Assembly (NCBI GenBank): GCA_964652835.1
Contig: CAZZCB010000001.1
Coordinates: 26,935 to 90,934, forward strand
Length of the DNA stretch: 64,000 nt
Direction of reading: 5' to 3'
Origin: an uncultured Candidatus Saccharibacteria bacterium
GTDB taxonomy: Bacteria; Patescibacteriota; Minisyncoccia; Phycocordibacterales; CSBR16-119
Position numbers and translations under genes: made by a program
Shown here: piece by piece, positions 52,246-61,922 of the stretch
Layout of the letters: each line of letters opens with the position of its first letter
Position numbering within the stretch: position 1 is the first letter of the stretch
Notes under the pieces: generated by a model
What the model saw: only the letters and a program-made list of their open reading frames with translations
Told to the model about the DNA's origin: nothing
Databases searched by the model: none

Positions 52246-53070
52246 ATGATTCCGTTGCAAAACAACAACATTGAAGAAATTGCCTTTTTATTTTTTTTAA
52301 AGAAAGAGGGCACGGCATTTGATCTAAAAAATCATTTGGATGACTTGGGTAAAAATGTAACTATTCAAGGTGTATACAAATCACTAAATAAGCTCATAAA
52401 ACAAGGGGTTTTAATAAAAAATAAAAAGAAAATGGTTGTTAGCCAGGAATGGCTTCAAAATTTGATAAATAAACTTGGTGGTGAAGGACCAACCCCTAAA
52501 ATAAAAGATGGTGAGTCAACAACACACCAATTTAACTCTTTAAAAAAACTAGATATGTACTGGAAACATATAACTAAGTCTGTTGGATTGGAGTTTGGTG
52601 ATTTCCCCATTTTTTCTTATGAACCACATGAAATATGGATTCATCTCAAAGATAGAGAGGAAAGCCAGAAGGAGTTTTTTAAAAGCTTCGATAAGCATAA
52701 AAGGTTTGGTTTTTTTAGGATTGGTGGAACAGATTTTGGAGATAAGCAATATAAAAAAGATTTTGCGAGCAAATATGTAAACGTCGATATTGATGAGAAA
52801 AGAATATTAAATGATTATATTGTTGTTATTGGAGACTACATAGTGAAAACTAAACTCAAAAAAGAAACAGCTGTAAAAATTGATGATGTTTTTAAGAAGG
52901 AAGTTAATATAAAAGGTATCCAGGAAAACCTAAATAAGTTCTTAACAGATAAACAAAAAGTTAAACTAATCATAGAAAGAAACAAAAACAAGGCTAAGTT
53001 ACTTAGAAAGAAAATGTCTAGAGAGTTTTACATCCCCCAAGAGCTTATTAAAAAGTATGATTTGTTTTAG
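52246..53070 (+). CDS. hypothetical protein with N-terminal winged-helix-like region
   Basis: ORF track; PadR/wHTH-like first 70 aa; weak. Confidence 0.35.
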   Translation: MIPLQNNNIEEIAFLFFLKKEGTAFDLKNHLDDLGKNVTIQGVYKSLNKLIKQGVLIKNKKKMVVSQEWLQNLINKLGGEGPTPKIKDGESTTHQFNSLKKLDMYWKHITKSVGLEFGDFPIFSYEPHEIWIHLKDREESQKEFFKSFDKHKRFGFFRIGGTDFGDKQYKKDFASKYVNVDIDEKRILNDYIVVIGDYIVKTKLKKETAVKIDDVFKKEVNIKGIQENLNKFLTDKQKVKLIIERNKNKAKLLRKKMSREFYIPQELIKKYDLF

Positions 53071-53080
53071 AATATAGAAT

Positions 53081-53560
53081 ATGAAAATAATCGGTATAGA
53101 TCCAGGGTATGAGCGGGTTGGGATTGCGGTTTTGGAGAAAAACAAAACTGACCGCAAGGAAAATGTTCTGTACTCAAACTGTTTTAAGACGAATGCAAAG
53201 ATGTCGCTCGACGAGCGGATATTTTTGATTGGAAAAGAAATAGAAAAAGTTATAAAAGAATTCTCTCCAGAAGTGATGGCTATTGAAAAACTTTTTTTTG
53301 AAAACAATGCGAAGACTGCGATGGGAGTTTCTGAGGCGCGCGGGGCGATAGTTTTCGTCGCGCAAAACCTGGGACTAAAAGTTCTACAGTACACACCGCT
53401 TCAAATAAAAAGCGCTGTGACAGGATATGGAAAGGCAGATAAAAGTGCTGTACATATGATGGTTCATAAACTGGTTACTCTGCCAAAAGAGGTAAAACAA
53501 GACGATGAAATCGACGCAGTCGCTGTGGCTATCACAGGATTTGCGACGGAAAGATTTTAA
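53081..53560 (+). CDS. ruvC: Holliday junction resolvase RuvC
   Basis: IIGIDPGYERVGIAV ... DEIDAVAVAITG catalytic acidic residues. Confidence 0.85.
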   Translation: MKIIGIDPGYERVGIAVLEKNKTDRKENVLYSNCFKTNAKMSLDERIFLIGKEIEKVIKEFSPEVMAIEKLFFENNAKTAMGVSEARGAIVFVAQNLGLKVLQYTPLQIKSAVTGYGKADKSAVHMMVHKLVTLPKEVKQDDEIDAVAVAITGFATERF

Positions 53561-53647
53561 TTTCCCCAAAAGCTGTTTTTCCCTCTTGCCTTTAATAAGG
53601 CTTTCTGCTAAAAATAGCGTAATTATAATAATCAATTTTAAAAACAC

Positions 53648-53857
53648 ATGGGACACGACGATTTACTTGGAGAGGATTTGTTTGCAAGTGAGTTAGATGA
53701 TGATTTACTGATCGGGGCTGATCTACCAGAAGAACTGGATCCGCTAGACGAAGTTCTTCCTGCTGAGGAAGAGGCTCTGGGTCTCGATGATGAAGATTTG
53801 TTAGATGAAGATGATGAAGATTATTCTGGAGGATACAATCCAGACGAGTGGAATTAA
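53648..53857 (+). CDS. small hyper-acidic protein (69 aa, about 45% D/E)
   Basis: ORF track; followed by a GC hairpin at 53868-53897. Confidence 0.4.
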   Translation: MGHDDLLGEDLFASELDDDLLIGADLPEELDPLDEVLPAEEEALGLDDEDLLDEDDEDYSGGYNPDEWN

Positions 53858-53939
53858 AGATGAAATAAAGAGGGGCGCCCGAGGGGCGCGCCTCTTTATT
53901 TATATCTAATTCTCACAGTGAGATTTGTTGTTATGTAGA

Positions 53940-53968
53940 TTGACAAAAACACTTTTTAGTGCTATGGT
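53940..53968 (+). promoter_or_regulatory. sigma70 promoter (TTGACA-17-TGcTATGGT) for 54001..54678
   Basis: ttgacaaaaacactttttagtgctatggt. Confidence 0.6.
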
Positions 53969-54000
53969 GACACAGAAGTTCTTACCAAACCCCATCAACC

Positions 54001-54678
54001 ATGAGTACGAAAAACTTTTCAATCGCTCTTTTGGGGCTTGTTATTGTAACAATCCTCTACCTTGTTTTAAGGTGTGACCGCTTTCCTGGAAAAGAAGTCC
54101 AGCGCAGCAAGCCGGCAATATCCACGGAATACAAAAAGAAGTTGGGCGAGTCTGAGTGGAAGCACTTTGACTATGCGGTCAAGGAGTGTCGAGCGGTTTT
54201 TGAAGCTGACACGTTTCTTGTTCAAAACGCTCACTTTTGGGAAAAACACAACATCGAACCGGCCGTCGGTTACGCTGCGTGGCTTTTCCAAGAAACGCGT
54301 TTCAGGGGCGACACCATTGGAGACAGTGGAACAGCCTATGGATACGGACAAATTCATGGTCCTGCCTTAGAGGAGATGAACCAAATTCGCGCAGAAAGAG
54401 GGTGGCAACAATACTCACTACCAGATCTTCATGGAAGGTCGCGAGAAAGGCTAAGGTTCTTTCTTCAGTCTCTTCATGACTACACAGATCTGTGTGAGAA
54501 AAGGTACAGCCGTAAAAGGAACCTTGATGCAGACCTGAATGCATGGAACGGTGGCGGCAAGAATGGGAAAACCAGGGAAACAAAATACTCTGGCGAGATC
54601 AAGTCTGTCGTCCTCCAATACTACGAGAGGAAGAAGGTTGAGGAAGCGAAACAGAAAGGGGTTAGCGCCAAGCGCTAA
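54001..54678 (+). CDS. membrane-anchored protein, possible lytic-transglycosylase/lysozyme-like fold, elevated GC (about 48%)
   Basis: N-terminal TM. WLFQETRFRGDTIGDSGTAYGYGQIHGP loosely resembles the SLT E-S...G..Q active-site region. C-rich SD-less leader aaccccatcaaccATG. Confidence 0.35.
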   Translation: MSTKNFSIALLGLVIVTILYLVLRCDRFPGKEVQRSKPAISTEYKKKLGESEWKHFDYAVKECRAVFEADTFLVQNAHFWEKHNIEPAVGYAAWLFQETRFRGDTIGDSGTAYGYGQIHGPALEEMNQIRAERGWQQYSLPDLHGRSRERLRFFLQSLHDYTDLCEKRYSRKRNLDADLNAWNGGGKNGKTRETKYSGEIKSVVLQYYERKKVEEAKQKGVSAKR

Positions 54679-54683
54679 CCCCT
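54659..54683 (+). terminator. terminator overlapping the stop codon of 54001..54678
   Basis: ggggttagcgc-caa-gcgctaacccc perfect 11-bp stem. Confidence 0.6.
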
Positions 54684-54692
54684 TCGCCTTTT

Positions 54693-55889
54693 CTATTTAA
54701 CTAAAATCCTCACAAAATCTTTTTTACCGTATTTAAGCGTCATATTTTTTTTAACTTCAATATTTTCTTTTACCACCTCTTCTGTTTCTAAATCTTTTAC
54801 CGCCCCGCCGGAAATCCTTCTTGTGAATTCACTGTTTGAAGGAAGTAAATTATTTTTTACCAAAACCTCGCCGAGCTTCGTACCACTTTTTACAGAAATC
54901 TCTTTTATGTTTTTTGGTATTTCTTTTTTAGAAAAAGTATTTTCCCAGTTCTCCCAAGCTTTCAAAGCTTCTTTATCACTGGTATACATTTTTGTAATCT
55001 CAAAAGCGAGCTTCATTTTTATATCTTTTGGATTAAAGCCAAGAGATAAAGATTTTTCATGTTCGGAAATCATATCGAGTGGAACACGAGTTAGAAGCGT
55101 AAAGTATGGGATAACTAAATCGTCAGACATGGACATAATTTTCCCAAACATATTGTTTGCGTCGTCTAGGAAGTTAATAGTATTTCCCCAAGAAGAACTC
55201 ATTTTTCTACCATCAAGACCATTTATAATCTTAGTCATTACAACATCTTGTGGGTTTTGGCCAACCTCTTTTTGCATATCACGCCCAGCCAAAAGGTTAA
55301 ATTTTTGATCTGTTCCACCAAGCTCGACATCTGCTTTTACTGCCACAGAGTCATATCCTTGCATTAGAGGATACAAAACCTCGCGAAGTGAAACTCTCTT
55401 CCCTTCTTTTAATCTTTTTGCAATATTTTCCCGAGAGATAAATCCATTGATAGAAAAAATATTTGCGTGCTCTCCCACCTCCTTATATCCAAGCTTTTTC
55501 AGCCATTTACTGTTTTGGTGAAATTCACATTTTTTTAAGTCGATAATTTTACCAACTTGTTTTTTGTAGTTCTTTAAATTCTCTTTTATTATTTTATCTG
55601 TTAGCATCGGTCTTTCAGAATCTTTATCAGATGTGTCACCGATAATCCCAGTGAAGTCCCCTGCGATAAAAACAACTTTGTGACCAAGCTCTTGGAAATC
55701 ACGAAGCTTTAAAAGTGGAATAGATCTACCCAGGTGAATATTAGGACTTGTTGGATCGATACCGAGTTTTATCCGAAGCTGTTTTCCGCTCATTAATTTT
55801 TTCTTTAAATTTTCAGCGTCAATAACCTCTTCAACGCCCCGAGTTAAAAGTTCTTCGATTTTTTTAGAATCAGTAATTATTTTTGCCAT
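54693..55889 (-). CDS. tyrS: tyrosyl-tRNA synthetase
   Basis: Class I HIGH-like PNIHLGR and KMSSS motifs. C-terminal S4-like domain. Confidence 0.88.
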   Translation of the reverse strand: MAKIITDSKKIEELLTRGVEEVIDAENLKKKLMSGKQLRIKLGIDPTSPNIHLGRSIPLLKLRDFQELGHKVVFIAGDFTGIIGDTSDKDSERPMLTDKIIKENLKNYKKQVGKIIDLKKCEFHQNSKWLKKLGYKEVGEHANIFSINGFISRENIAKRLKEGKRVSLREVLYPLMQGYDSVAVKADVELGGTDQKFNLLAGRDMQKEVGQNPQDVVMTKIINGLDGRKMSSSWGNTINFLDDANNMFGKIMSMSDDLVIPYFTLLTRVPLDMISEHEKSLSLGFNPKDIKMKLAFEITKMYTSDKEALKAWENWENTFSKKEIPKNIKEISVKSGTKLGEVLVKNNLLPSNSEFTRRISGGAVKDLETEEVVKENIEVKKNMTLKYGKKDFVRILVK

Positions 55890-55986
55890 AGTCCCCGTAT
55901 TTTAGCATTTCAGCGGGCTTTGGTAAATTCTTGCAAAACACCAAGATCTGGGTAATATATTTTCCACCACTTCGTCTTTAATATAT

Positions 55987-58602
55987 ATGCGTAAATTCTT
56001 TTTTACTGATAAGATAAAAGTAATGATAAAAAAACTAAAAAACAAAATAAAAAACATTAAAGGAATTCACGCGAGCAAAATAAAAAACAAGATAAAAAGC
56101 TTGAGACTTAAAAAACACCACGTTATGAACGCAGGTTTAATCTTCTTGGTTCTGGGAGGCCTACTTGCCAGCTTTTCGATAATTTGGGTTGCCACCTTGC
56201 GCGTTCCAGACTTCAAATCTTTCGATGAAAGACGTGTCGCCAGATCTACAAAGATCTACGACAGAACAGGCGAAGAAGTTTTATTCGATATCCACCAAGA
56301 TGTAAAAAGAACCGTTATCTCTTTTGAAGAGATGGGAGATTTTGTAAAAGATGCCACTCTGGCGATCGAAGATAAAGACTTCTACGACCATAAAGGAGTT
56401 CAACCGAGAGCATTTATCCGGGCTCTGGTTGCAAACCTAAAATCAGGAAGTTTCTCTCAAGGAGGTTCGACCATCACACAACAGGTTGTTAAAAACTCTT
56501 TACTTACAAACGAAAAAAGAATTTCAAGAAAACTAAAGGAATGGTTTTTAGCTTTAAAACTTGAAAAAGAAATGTCAAAAGACGCCATTCTGGCAACATA
56601 TTTAAACGAAATCCCTTATGGAGGAAATATTTATGGAATAAAAGAAGCTTCAAACTATTTCTTTAGTAAAAATCCAGTCGATTTAACTATTGCAGAATCT
56701 GCATACCTGGCAGCGATACCAAAAGCTCCGACTTACTATTCTCCATATGGAAAAAACAAAGAGATTCTAGATACAAGAAAAAATCTTGTTTTGTCTGAGA
56801 TGTTTAAACAAGGAAGAATCACGGAGGAAGAATATAACACCGCAAAAGAAGAAATTGTAGAATTTTTGCCTCAAAGTAGATTTAGTATAAAAGCTCCACA
56901 CTTTGTCTTTTATGTCAGAGAATATTTAGAGCAGAAGTACGGCGCAGATGTTGTAGAGTCTGGTGGACTGAGAGTTATCACAACTCTTGATTACGATCTT
57001 CAGCAAAAAGCTGAGCAGGTTGTATACAAACACGCAAAAGAAAACGAAGAACTTTGGAATGCGTCAAACGCAGGATTAGTCGCAATGGATCCAAACACTG
57101 GAGAAATCCTAACAATGGTTGGTTCTAGAAATTATTTTGACGAAGAAATTGATGGAAAATACAACATCGCAACAGCTAAAAGACAGCCAGGTTCGTCATT
57201 TAAGCCATTTATTTATGTAACAGCGATGATGAAAGGTTTCACTCCTAATTCTGTTTTATTTGACACAAAAACAGAATTCCAGACAACTTGTAACCCGCAA
57301 GGAAGAGCGCTAAGCGGAGGCCAGGGAGACTGTTACAGTCCTTCAAACTACGATGATGTATATAAAGGGCCGGTCACTCTAAGACAAGCTCTGGGTGAAT
57401 CAAGAAACGTACCAGCTGTTAAACTTCTTTACTTAACAACAATAAACGACGCCCTAAAAACAGCAAAGAATATGGGTATTAAAACTCTTTCTGATGCTAA
57501 CCAGTACGGACTAACGCTAGTTTTGGGAGGTGGTGAAGTAACTCTTCTAGATATGACTTCCGCTTACAGTGTTTTCGCGGCAGAGGGAGTTCGCTATGAA
57601 CCAGTCTCTATTTTAAAAGTAGAAGATTCTAGTGGAAATATCTTAGAAGAACACACAGAGTCAAGCGGACAAACAGTGGTAGATGCAAACGCAGCGAGAA
57701 TTATCTCAGATATGTTGAGTGATAACGAAGCTCGTACACCTTTGTTTGGGGCAAACTCATTCCTGAATTTTGGAGAAAGAGATGTGGCTGGTAAAACAGG
57801 AACAACAAACAACAACAAAGACGCATGGATGATGGGCTATACACCAAATATAGTTGTGGGTGTTTGGTCTGGAAACAATGACAACACACCGATGAAAAAA
57901 GGTTCTGCTATATCAGGAAGACTATGGCGAGAATTTATGGATTTTGCTTTAACAAAAGTTTCAAGCGAATCTTTCACCCCACCTTTCATAAACGAATCAC
58001 TCGATCTTAAACCAATAATGCGCGGAAACTGGCTTGGTGGAGAAAGTGTTTTAATAGACTCTATATCAGGAAGACTGGCAACAGAATCCACCCCAGAAGA
58101 AACATTGGAAGAATTAACTGTAACAGAAGTTCACAACGAACTTCACTGGATAGACCGAGCAAATCCAACCGGCCCAAATCCGGAAAACCCAGGAGGAAGA
58201 CAATATGAAAACTGGGAATATTCAGTACAAAATTGGTGGAACCTAAACAAAAGTAGATTCAACACTGTAGACGAAGGAGATCTTCCTACTGCCTACGACA
58301 ACGTCCACACAGCAGAAAAACAACCAACGATAGATATCGAATATCCTGATGCTGTAGAGTTATATCCAGCAGATCAGCCAATATTTATTCAGCTCGATTA
58401 CGAAACAGAGTATCCAGTAGATTCGTTTGATATTTTTGTAAACAATACATATCTTGGAAATACAAAAAATCTACCTTTTAATTTTTCTTTCACTCCTTCA
58501 GCGATAGAAAATATCCAGTCAGTGAATGAACTAAAGGTTATCGTTCGCGATGAGGTTTATAACAAAGCAGAGGCAAGTGTAAGTTTCTCAGTAGATATAT
58601 AA
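55987..58602 (+). CDS. bifunctional penicillin-binding protein 1A (glycosyltransferase + transpeptidase)
   Basis: GT51 motifs (EDKDFYDHKGV, GGSTITQQ). Transpeptidase SSFKPF (SxxK), SRN, KTGT. True start probably an internal Met before the TM at MNAGLIFLVLGG. Confidence 0.9.
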   Translation: MRKFFFTDKIKVMIKKLKNKIKNIKGIHASKIKNKIKSLRLKKHHVMNAGLIFLVLGGLLASFSIIWVATLRVPDFKSFDERRVARSTKIYDRTGEEVLFDIHQDVKRTVISFEEMGDFVKDATLAIEDKDFYDHKGVQPRAFIRALVANLKSGSFSQGGSTITQQVVKNSLLTNEKRISRKLKEWFLALKLEKEMSKDAILATYLNEIPYGGNIYGIKEASNYFFSKNPVDLTIAESAYLAAIPKAPTYYSPYGKNKEILDTRKNLVLSEMFKQGRITEEEYNTAKEEIVEFLPQSRFSIKAPHFVFYVREYLEQKYGADVVESGGLRVITTLDYDLQQKAEQVVYKHAKENEELWNASNAGLVAMDPNTGEILTMVGSRNYFDEEIDGKYNIATAKRQPGSSFKPFIYVTAMMKGFTPNSVLFDTKTEFQTTCNPQGRALSGGQGDCYSPSNYDDVYKGPVTLRQALGESRNVPAVKLLYLTTINDALKTAKNMGIKTLSDANQYGLTLVLGGGEVTLLDMTSAYSVFAAEGVRYEPVSILKVEDSSGNILEEHTESSGQTVVDANAARIISDMLSDNEARTPLFGANSFLNFGERDVAGKTGTTNNNKDAWMMGYTPNIVVGVWSGNNDNTPMKKGSAISGRLWREFMDFALTKVSSESFTPPFINESLDLKPIMRGNWLGGESVLIDSISGRLATESTPEETLEELTVTEVHNELHWIDRANPTGPNPENPGGRQYENWEYSVQNWWNLNKSRFNTVDEGDLPTAYDNVHTAEKQPTIDIEYPDAVELYPADQPIFIQLDYETEYPVDSFDIFVNNTYLGNTKNLPFNFSFTPSAIENIQSVNELKVIVRDEVYNKAEASVSFSVDI

Positions 58603-58603
58603 T

Positions 58604-58921
58604 ATGCATTGGCTAATACCGTTATTTATACTTGTAGCACTAGAGGCTGTGGCAGATATTGTTTCAAAGACTTGGCAAATACGAGGACATAATTTTCTCG
58701 CAGTACTGGCTTTGTTAACTTATCTAGCTGCAAACTTTTTTTGGTTAATCTCTCTTAAAAATGGAGCAGGGCTTGCGAAAGGTGCCGTTTTGTTTTCGAT
58801 TTTTTCAGCTATTGTTGCAGTGGCAATAGGTGTGATCTTCTATAAAGAAAGTCTTTCCACTATTCAACTCGTTGGTCTAATTTTAGGAATTATCGGTATC
58901 GCTTTCATTTTCTGGGAATAA
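58604..58921 (+). CDS. small 4-TM transporter (SMR/DMT-like)
   Basis: 105 aa, four hydrophobic helices. Start overlaps the PBP stop. Confidence 0.5.
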   Translation: MHWLIPLFILVALEAVADIVSKTWQIRGHNFLAVLALLTYLAANFFWLISLKNGAGLAKGAVLFSIFSAIVAVAIGVIFYKESLSTIQLVGLILGIIGIAFIFWE

Positions 58922-58933
58922 CAAAAAGCAAAT

Positions 58934-58959
58934 AAAAACCGCCCAGATGGGCGGTTTTT
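58934..58959. terminator. bidirectional terminator
   Basis: aaaaaccgcccagatgggcggttttt. Confidence 0.7.
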
Positions 58960-59215
58960 ATTTTATATCTTTCACTATCTTTTCCAATCCTTGTTTTTTA
59001 ATTTCTTTTAAAAGAGATTCTTTGTTTAATTTTATCTCAGCTTTTAGATATGAGTCTGATTTTATAAACAGAGTATCGTTTTTAAAAGAAACATCTTCTC
59101 TGTCTATTTTTACATCTAAGACTCTTTCAAAAACCCTGACAATAACATCTTTTTCGGCAAAGCCTTTGTTTAAGATATTATTAAATTTTGAAAGTAAATC
59201 TTTTATATCCGCCAT
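58958..59215 (-). CDS. small protein downstream of dnaN (DUF721-like position)
   Basis: Synteny only (dnaA-dnaN-small ORF); weak sequence support. Confidence 0.35.
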   Translation of the reverse strand: MADIKDLLSKFNNILNKGFAEKDVIVRVFERVLDVKIDREDVSFKNDTLFIKSDSYLKAEIKLNKESLLKEIKKQGLEKIVKDIK

Positions 59216-59216
59216 A

Positions 59217-60314
59217 TTATCTATTCATAGGCATTATTAGATATTGGAAATCCTTATCTCCATTGCCTTTTATAATAAGAGGTCTGTTTGATCCGTTAAA
59301 GTTTAGAGATATTGAATCGTCGTTTATAGATTGGAAACAGTCTGAAAGGTATTTTAGGTTTATATTCATCTGTACATCTTTTCCTTTTAGAGAACCTTCT
59401 AGTTTTGTTTTATTTTCTCCAACATCTTTGTTTTCTGAATATATTTCAAATAGTTTTTCTTCTGGCTTTATAGATATTGTTATTTGATTAAATTTATCTG
59501 AAAAGACATTTGAAAGTTTTAGTGCATTTTGCAAATCATTCTTAAGGACAATAACCGTTGTCTCATATTCTTTAGGAATAATTTGTCGATAGTCTGGAAA
59601 AACTCCATCGATAAGTCTTGAAGTTAAAAAGAAACCTGGTGAATTAAAAGATATTTGGTTTTTATTATAAACAACCTTCATATCAATATTTAGCCCAGCA
59701 ACCACTTTTAGAATCTCTATAATATTTTTATATGGGATTAAAAGTGTTGAAATATCAGCTTCGTTTTTGTTTTTTATAGATTTTTCAGCGAGACGAAATG
59801 AGTCTGTTGCAATAAAATATATTTTATCTTCGTTTGTATATAAAAACACACTTGAGATTTCTGGTTTAATATCAGATACGGATGAACTGTAGAACACTGC
59901 TTTAATACCCTCTAAAAGCTCCGTAGAAGAGATTTCGAAGCTGTCACCCACAACGTCTGGTAGTGTAGGAAAATCTTCTTTAGGAATCGATTTAAGAAGT
60001 ACTGAACTATTTTTATTTGAAATAACTAAATTATTTTCTTTTTGTTCAAAGCTAATTATCTTTTCATTACCTAAATTTAGCACCGCGCCACTTAGAACAG
60101 ATCCAAGTATTGCAATCTCACCTTCCTTCTCAATGTTTGCCGGGATTTCTATTTCAATACCCAAGCTTAAGTTTGTGGCCTTTAACTTAAGAGACTTTCC
60201 TACTGCTGTTAAAAGGACAGAATTTAAAACTTCTAGAGTAGAATTTTTACTCACAATCTTTTCTACCTGAGAAACAGCTTCTTTTATTTTATCTGCTCCA
60301 CATTCTAATTTCAT
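59217..60314 (-). CDS. dnaN: DNA polymerase III beta subunit (sliding clamp)
   Basis: 365 aa; three-domain clamp pattern; synteny with dnaA. Confidence 0.9.
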   Translation of the reverse strand: MKLECGADKIKEAVSQVEKIVSKNSTLEVLNSVLLTAVGKSLKLKATNLSLGIEIEIPANIEKEGEIAILGSVLSGAVLNLGNEKIISFEQKENNLVISNKNSSVLLKSIPKEDFPTLPDVVGDSFEISSTELLEGIKAVFYSSSVSDIKPEISSVFLYTNEDKIYFIATDSFRLAEKSIKNKNEADISTLLIPYKNIIEILKVVAGLNIDMKVVYNKNQISFNSPGFFLTSRLIDGVFPDYRQIIPKEYETTVIVLKNDLQNALKLSNVFSDKFNQITISIKPEEKLFEIYSENKDVGENKTKLEGSLKGKDVQMNINLKYLSDCFQSINDDSISLNFNGSNRPLIIKGNGDKDFQYLIMPMNR

Positions 60315-60569
60315 ATAAGATATATTAAATGTATAAAACTCTATTTATAAAAGATTATATTTATTAACCCTGTTGATAATGTGGATAAGCTCACAATCTT
60401 TTTTATTCATAACCCTAAAGAGAGATTTTATTTTGTGTATATCTTTCTCAAAAGAGTTTAAAACTTCTAATAAAAAATCTGTTTTTAAAGTTTATGTTCA
60501 TAACTCTTTTTTATCCCCACGAAGTTATAAACAAAACTAGATACTTATCAACATACTTATCAACAATTT
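60315..60569. other. oriC segment (dnaA-dnaN intergenic) with clustered DnaA boxes
   Basis: TGTTGATAA + TGTGGATAA at 60370-60387. TTATCAACA at 60545-60553 and 60557-60565. AT-rich. Confidence 0.6.
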
Positions 60570-61922
60570 TTAACTAAACATTACTCTTATTTGTTCTATT
60601 TCTTCTACTAATTTAGGATCTTCTTTTATGTCGTTTTTAATCTTTAAGCATGAGTGAATTACTGTTGTGTGGTCTTTTCCGCCTAGTTTTTGTCCTATTA
60701 GAGGGTAAGAGACATTGAAATCTTCTCTTAGAATGTACATTATCACTTGTCTTGCCTTTACTATTTCCTTTCTTCTTGTCTTTTCATAAATACTATCTTC
60801 GGCAATATCATAAAAATCACTTATTGTTTTAACAATATTCTGAACAGAAACACTTTTCTTTGGTTTAATGTTGTTTTTTATAAGCTTTTTAACCTCTATT
60901 AAGGTTAAGTCACGTTTTTTAAACTGAACTTGGCAGATAATAGTGTTTAAAGTTCCTTCAAGTTCTCGAATACTTCCACTTATAGAAAGAGCAATATAAT
61001 CAATAATATCATCAGAAAGATCAATACCGTTTTCTTCAAGTTTTGACTTAATAATAGCCACCTTTGACTCTGTTTCTGGCTCTGTTACGTCTACGATCAT
61101 TCCTGATCCGAATCTTGAACGAAGTCGGTCTTCAAGTCCTGGAATATAGTTTGGGTGTTTATCAGATGAAAACACGATTTGTTTGTTGTTTTCATACAAG
61201 CTGTTGAAAAGGTGGAAAAGTTCCTCCTGAGTCTTTTCTTTATTTGAAATAAACTGAACGTCGTCCATGATTAAAACGTCGTATTGTCGATACTTTTGTT
61301 TAAATTCGTTTGGCTTGTTGTTTCTAAGAGAGTTTACGTAATCAACAGCAAATTTTTCAAGCGGAATATAGTGAACAGTCTTTCCTGGAAACTTTTCTTT
61401 AATAGAGTTCCCTATCGCTTGGATTAAGTGAGTCTTTCCAAGACCTGTTGGCCCATAGATAAAGAACGGGTTATATGATTTACCTGGATTTTTAATAATA
61501 GCTTGCGCCGCAGCGTAAGCCAGTTCATTAAAAGAACCAACAACGAACGTATCAAACACGTATCGTGGGTTTAGATTGTCTCTTTTATCTATATATAGAT
61601 TGTTTAAAGGTAATTCGTTGTTAATTATGATGTTTTGAGAGCTTCCAATATCCCCTTCTTTCTTATTTGGATTATGTTTGTAGATACTAAACTCAACATT
61701 TCTTATGTTGTTTGAATAGTTCATTAAAACTTTTAGTATAAGTTTCTCGTGTTTGTTCTTTAGCCAATCTCTTACGAACTCGTTTGGCACCCCTACGTAT
61801 GCAGTACCATTTTCTTGTTTAGTTAGTTTTGTATTTTTAAACCAAGTAACAAAATTAGCTCTAGAAAGATTATTTTCAATCTCGTTTAAACAACTTTCCC
61901 AGATCTGTTTGTTATCAATCAT
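60570..61922 (-). CDS. dnaA: chromosomal replication initiator DnaA
   Basis: GPTGLGKTHL Walker A. Sensor and box motifs. C-terminal DNA-binding domain. Confidence 0.95.
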   Translation of the reverse strand: MIDNKQIWESCLNEIENNLSRANFVTWFKNTKLTKQENGTAYVGVPNEFVRDWLKNKHEKLILKVLMNYSNNIRNVEFSIYKHNPNKKEGDIGSSQNIIINNELPLNNLYIDKRDNLNPRYVFDTFVVGSFNELAYAAAQAIIKNPGKSYNPFFIYGPTGLGKTHLIQAIGNSIKEKFPGKTVHYIPLEKFAVDYVNSLRNNKPNEFKQKYRQYDVLIMDDVQFISNKEKTQEELFHLFNSLYENNKQIVFSSDKHPNYIPGLEDRLRSRFGSGMIVDVTEPETESKVAIIKSKLEENGIDLSDDIIDYIALSISGSIRELEGTLNTIICQVQFKKRDLTLIEVKKLIKNNIKPKKSVSVQNIVKTISDFYDIAEDSIYEKTRRKEIVKARQVIMYILREDFNVSYPLIGQKLGGKDHTTVIHSCLKIKNDIKEDPKLVEEIEQIRVMFS

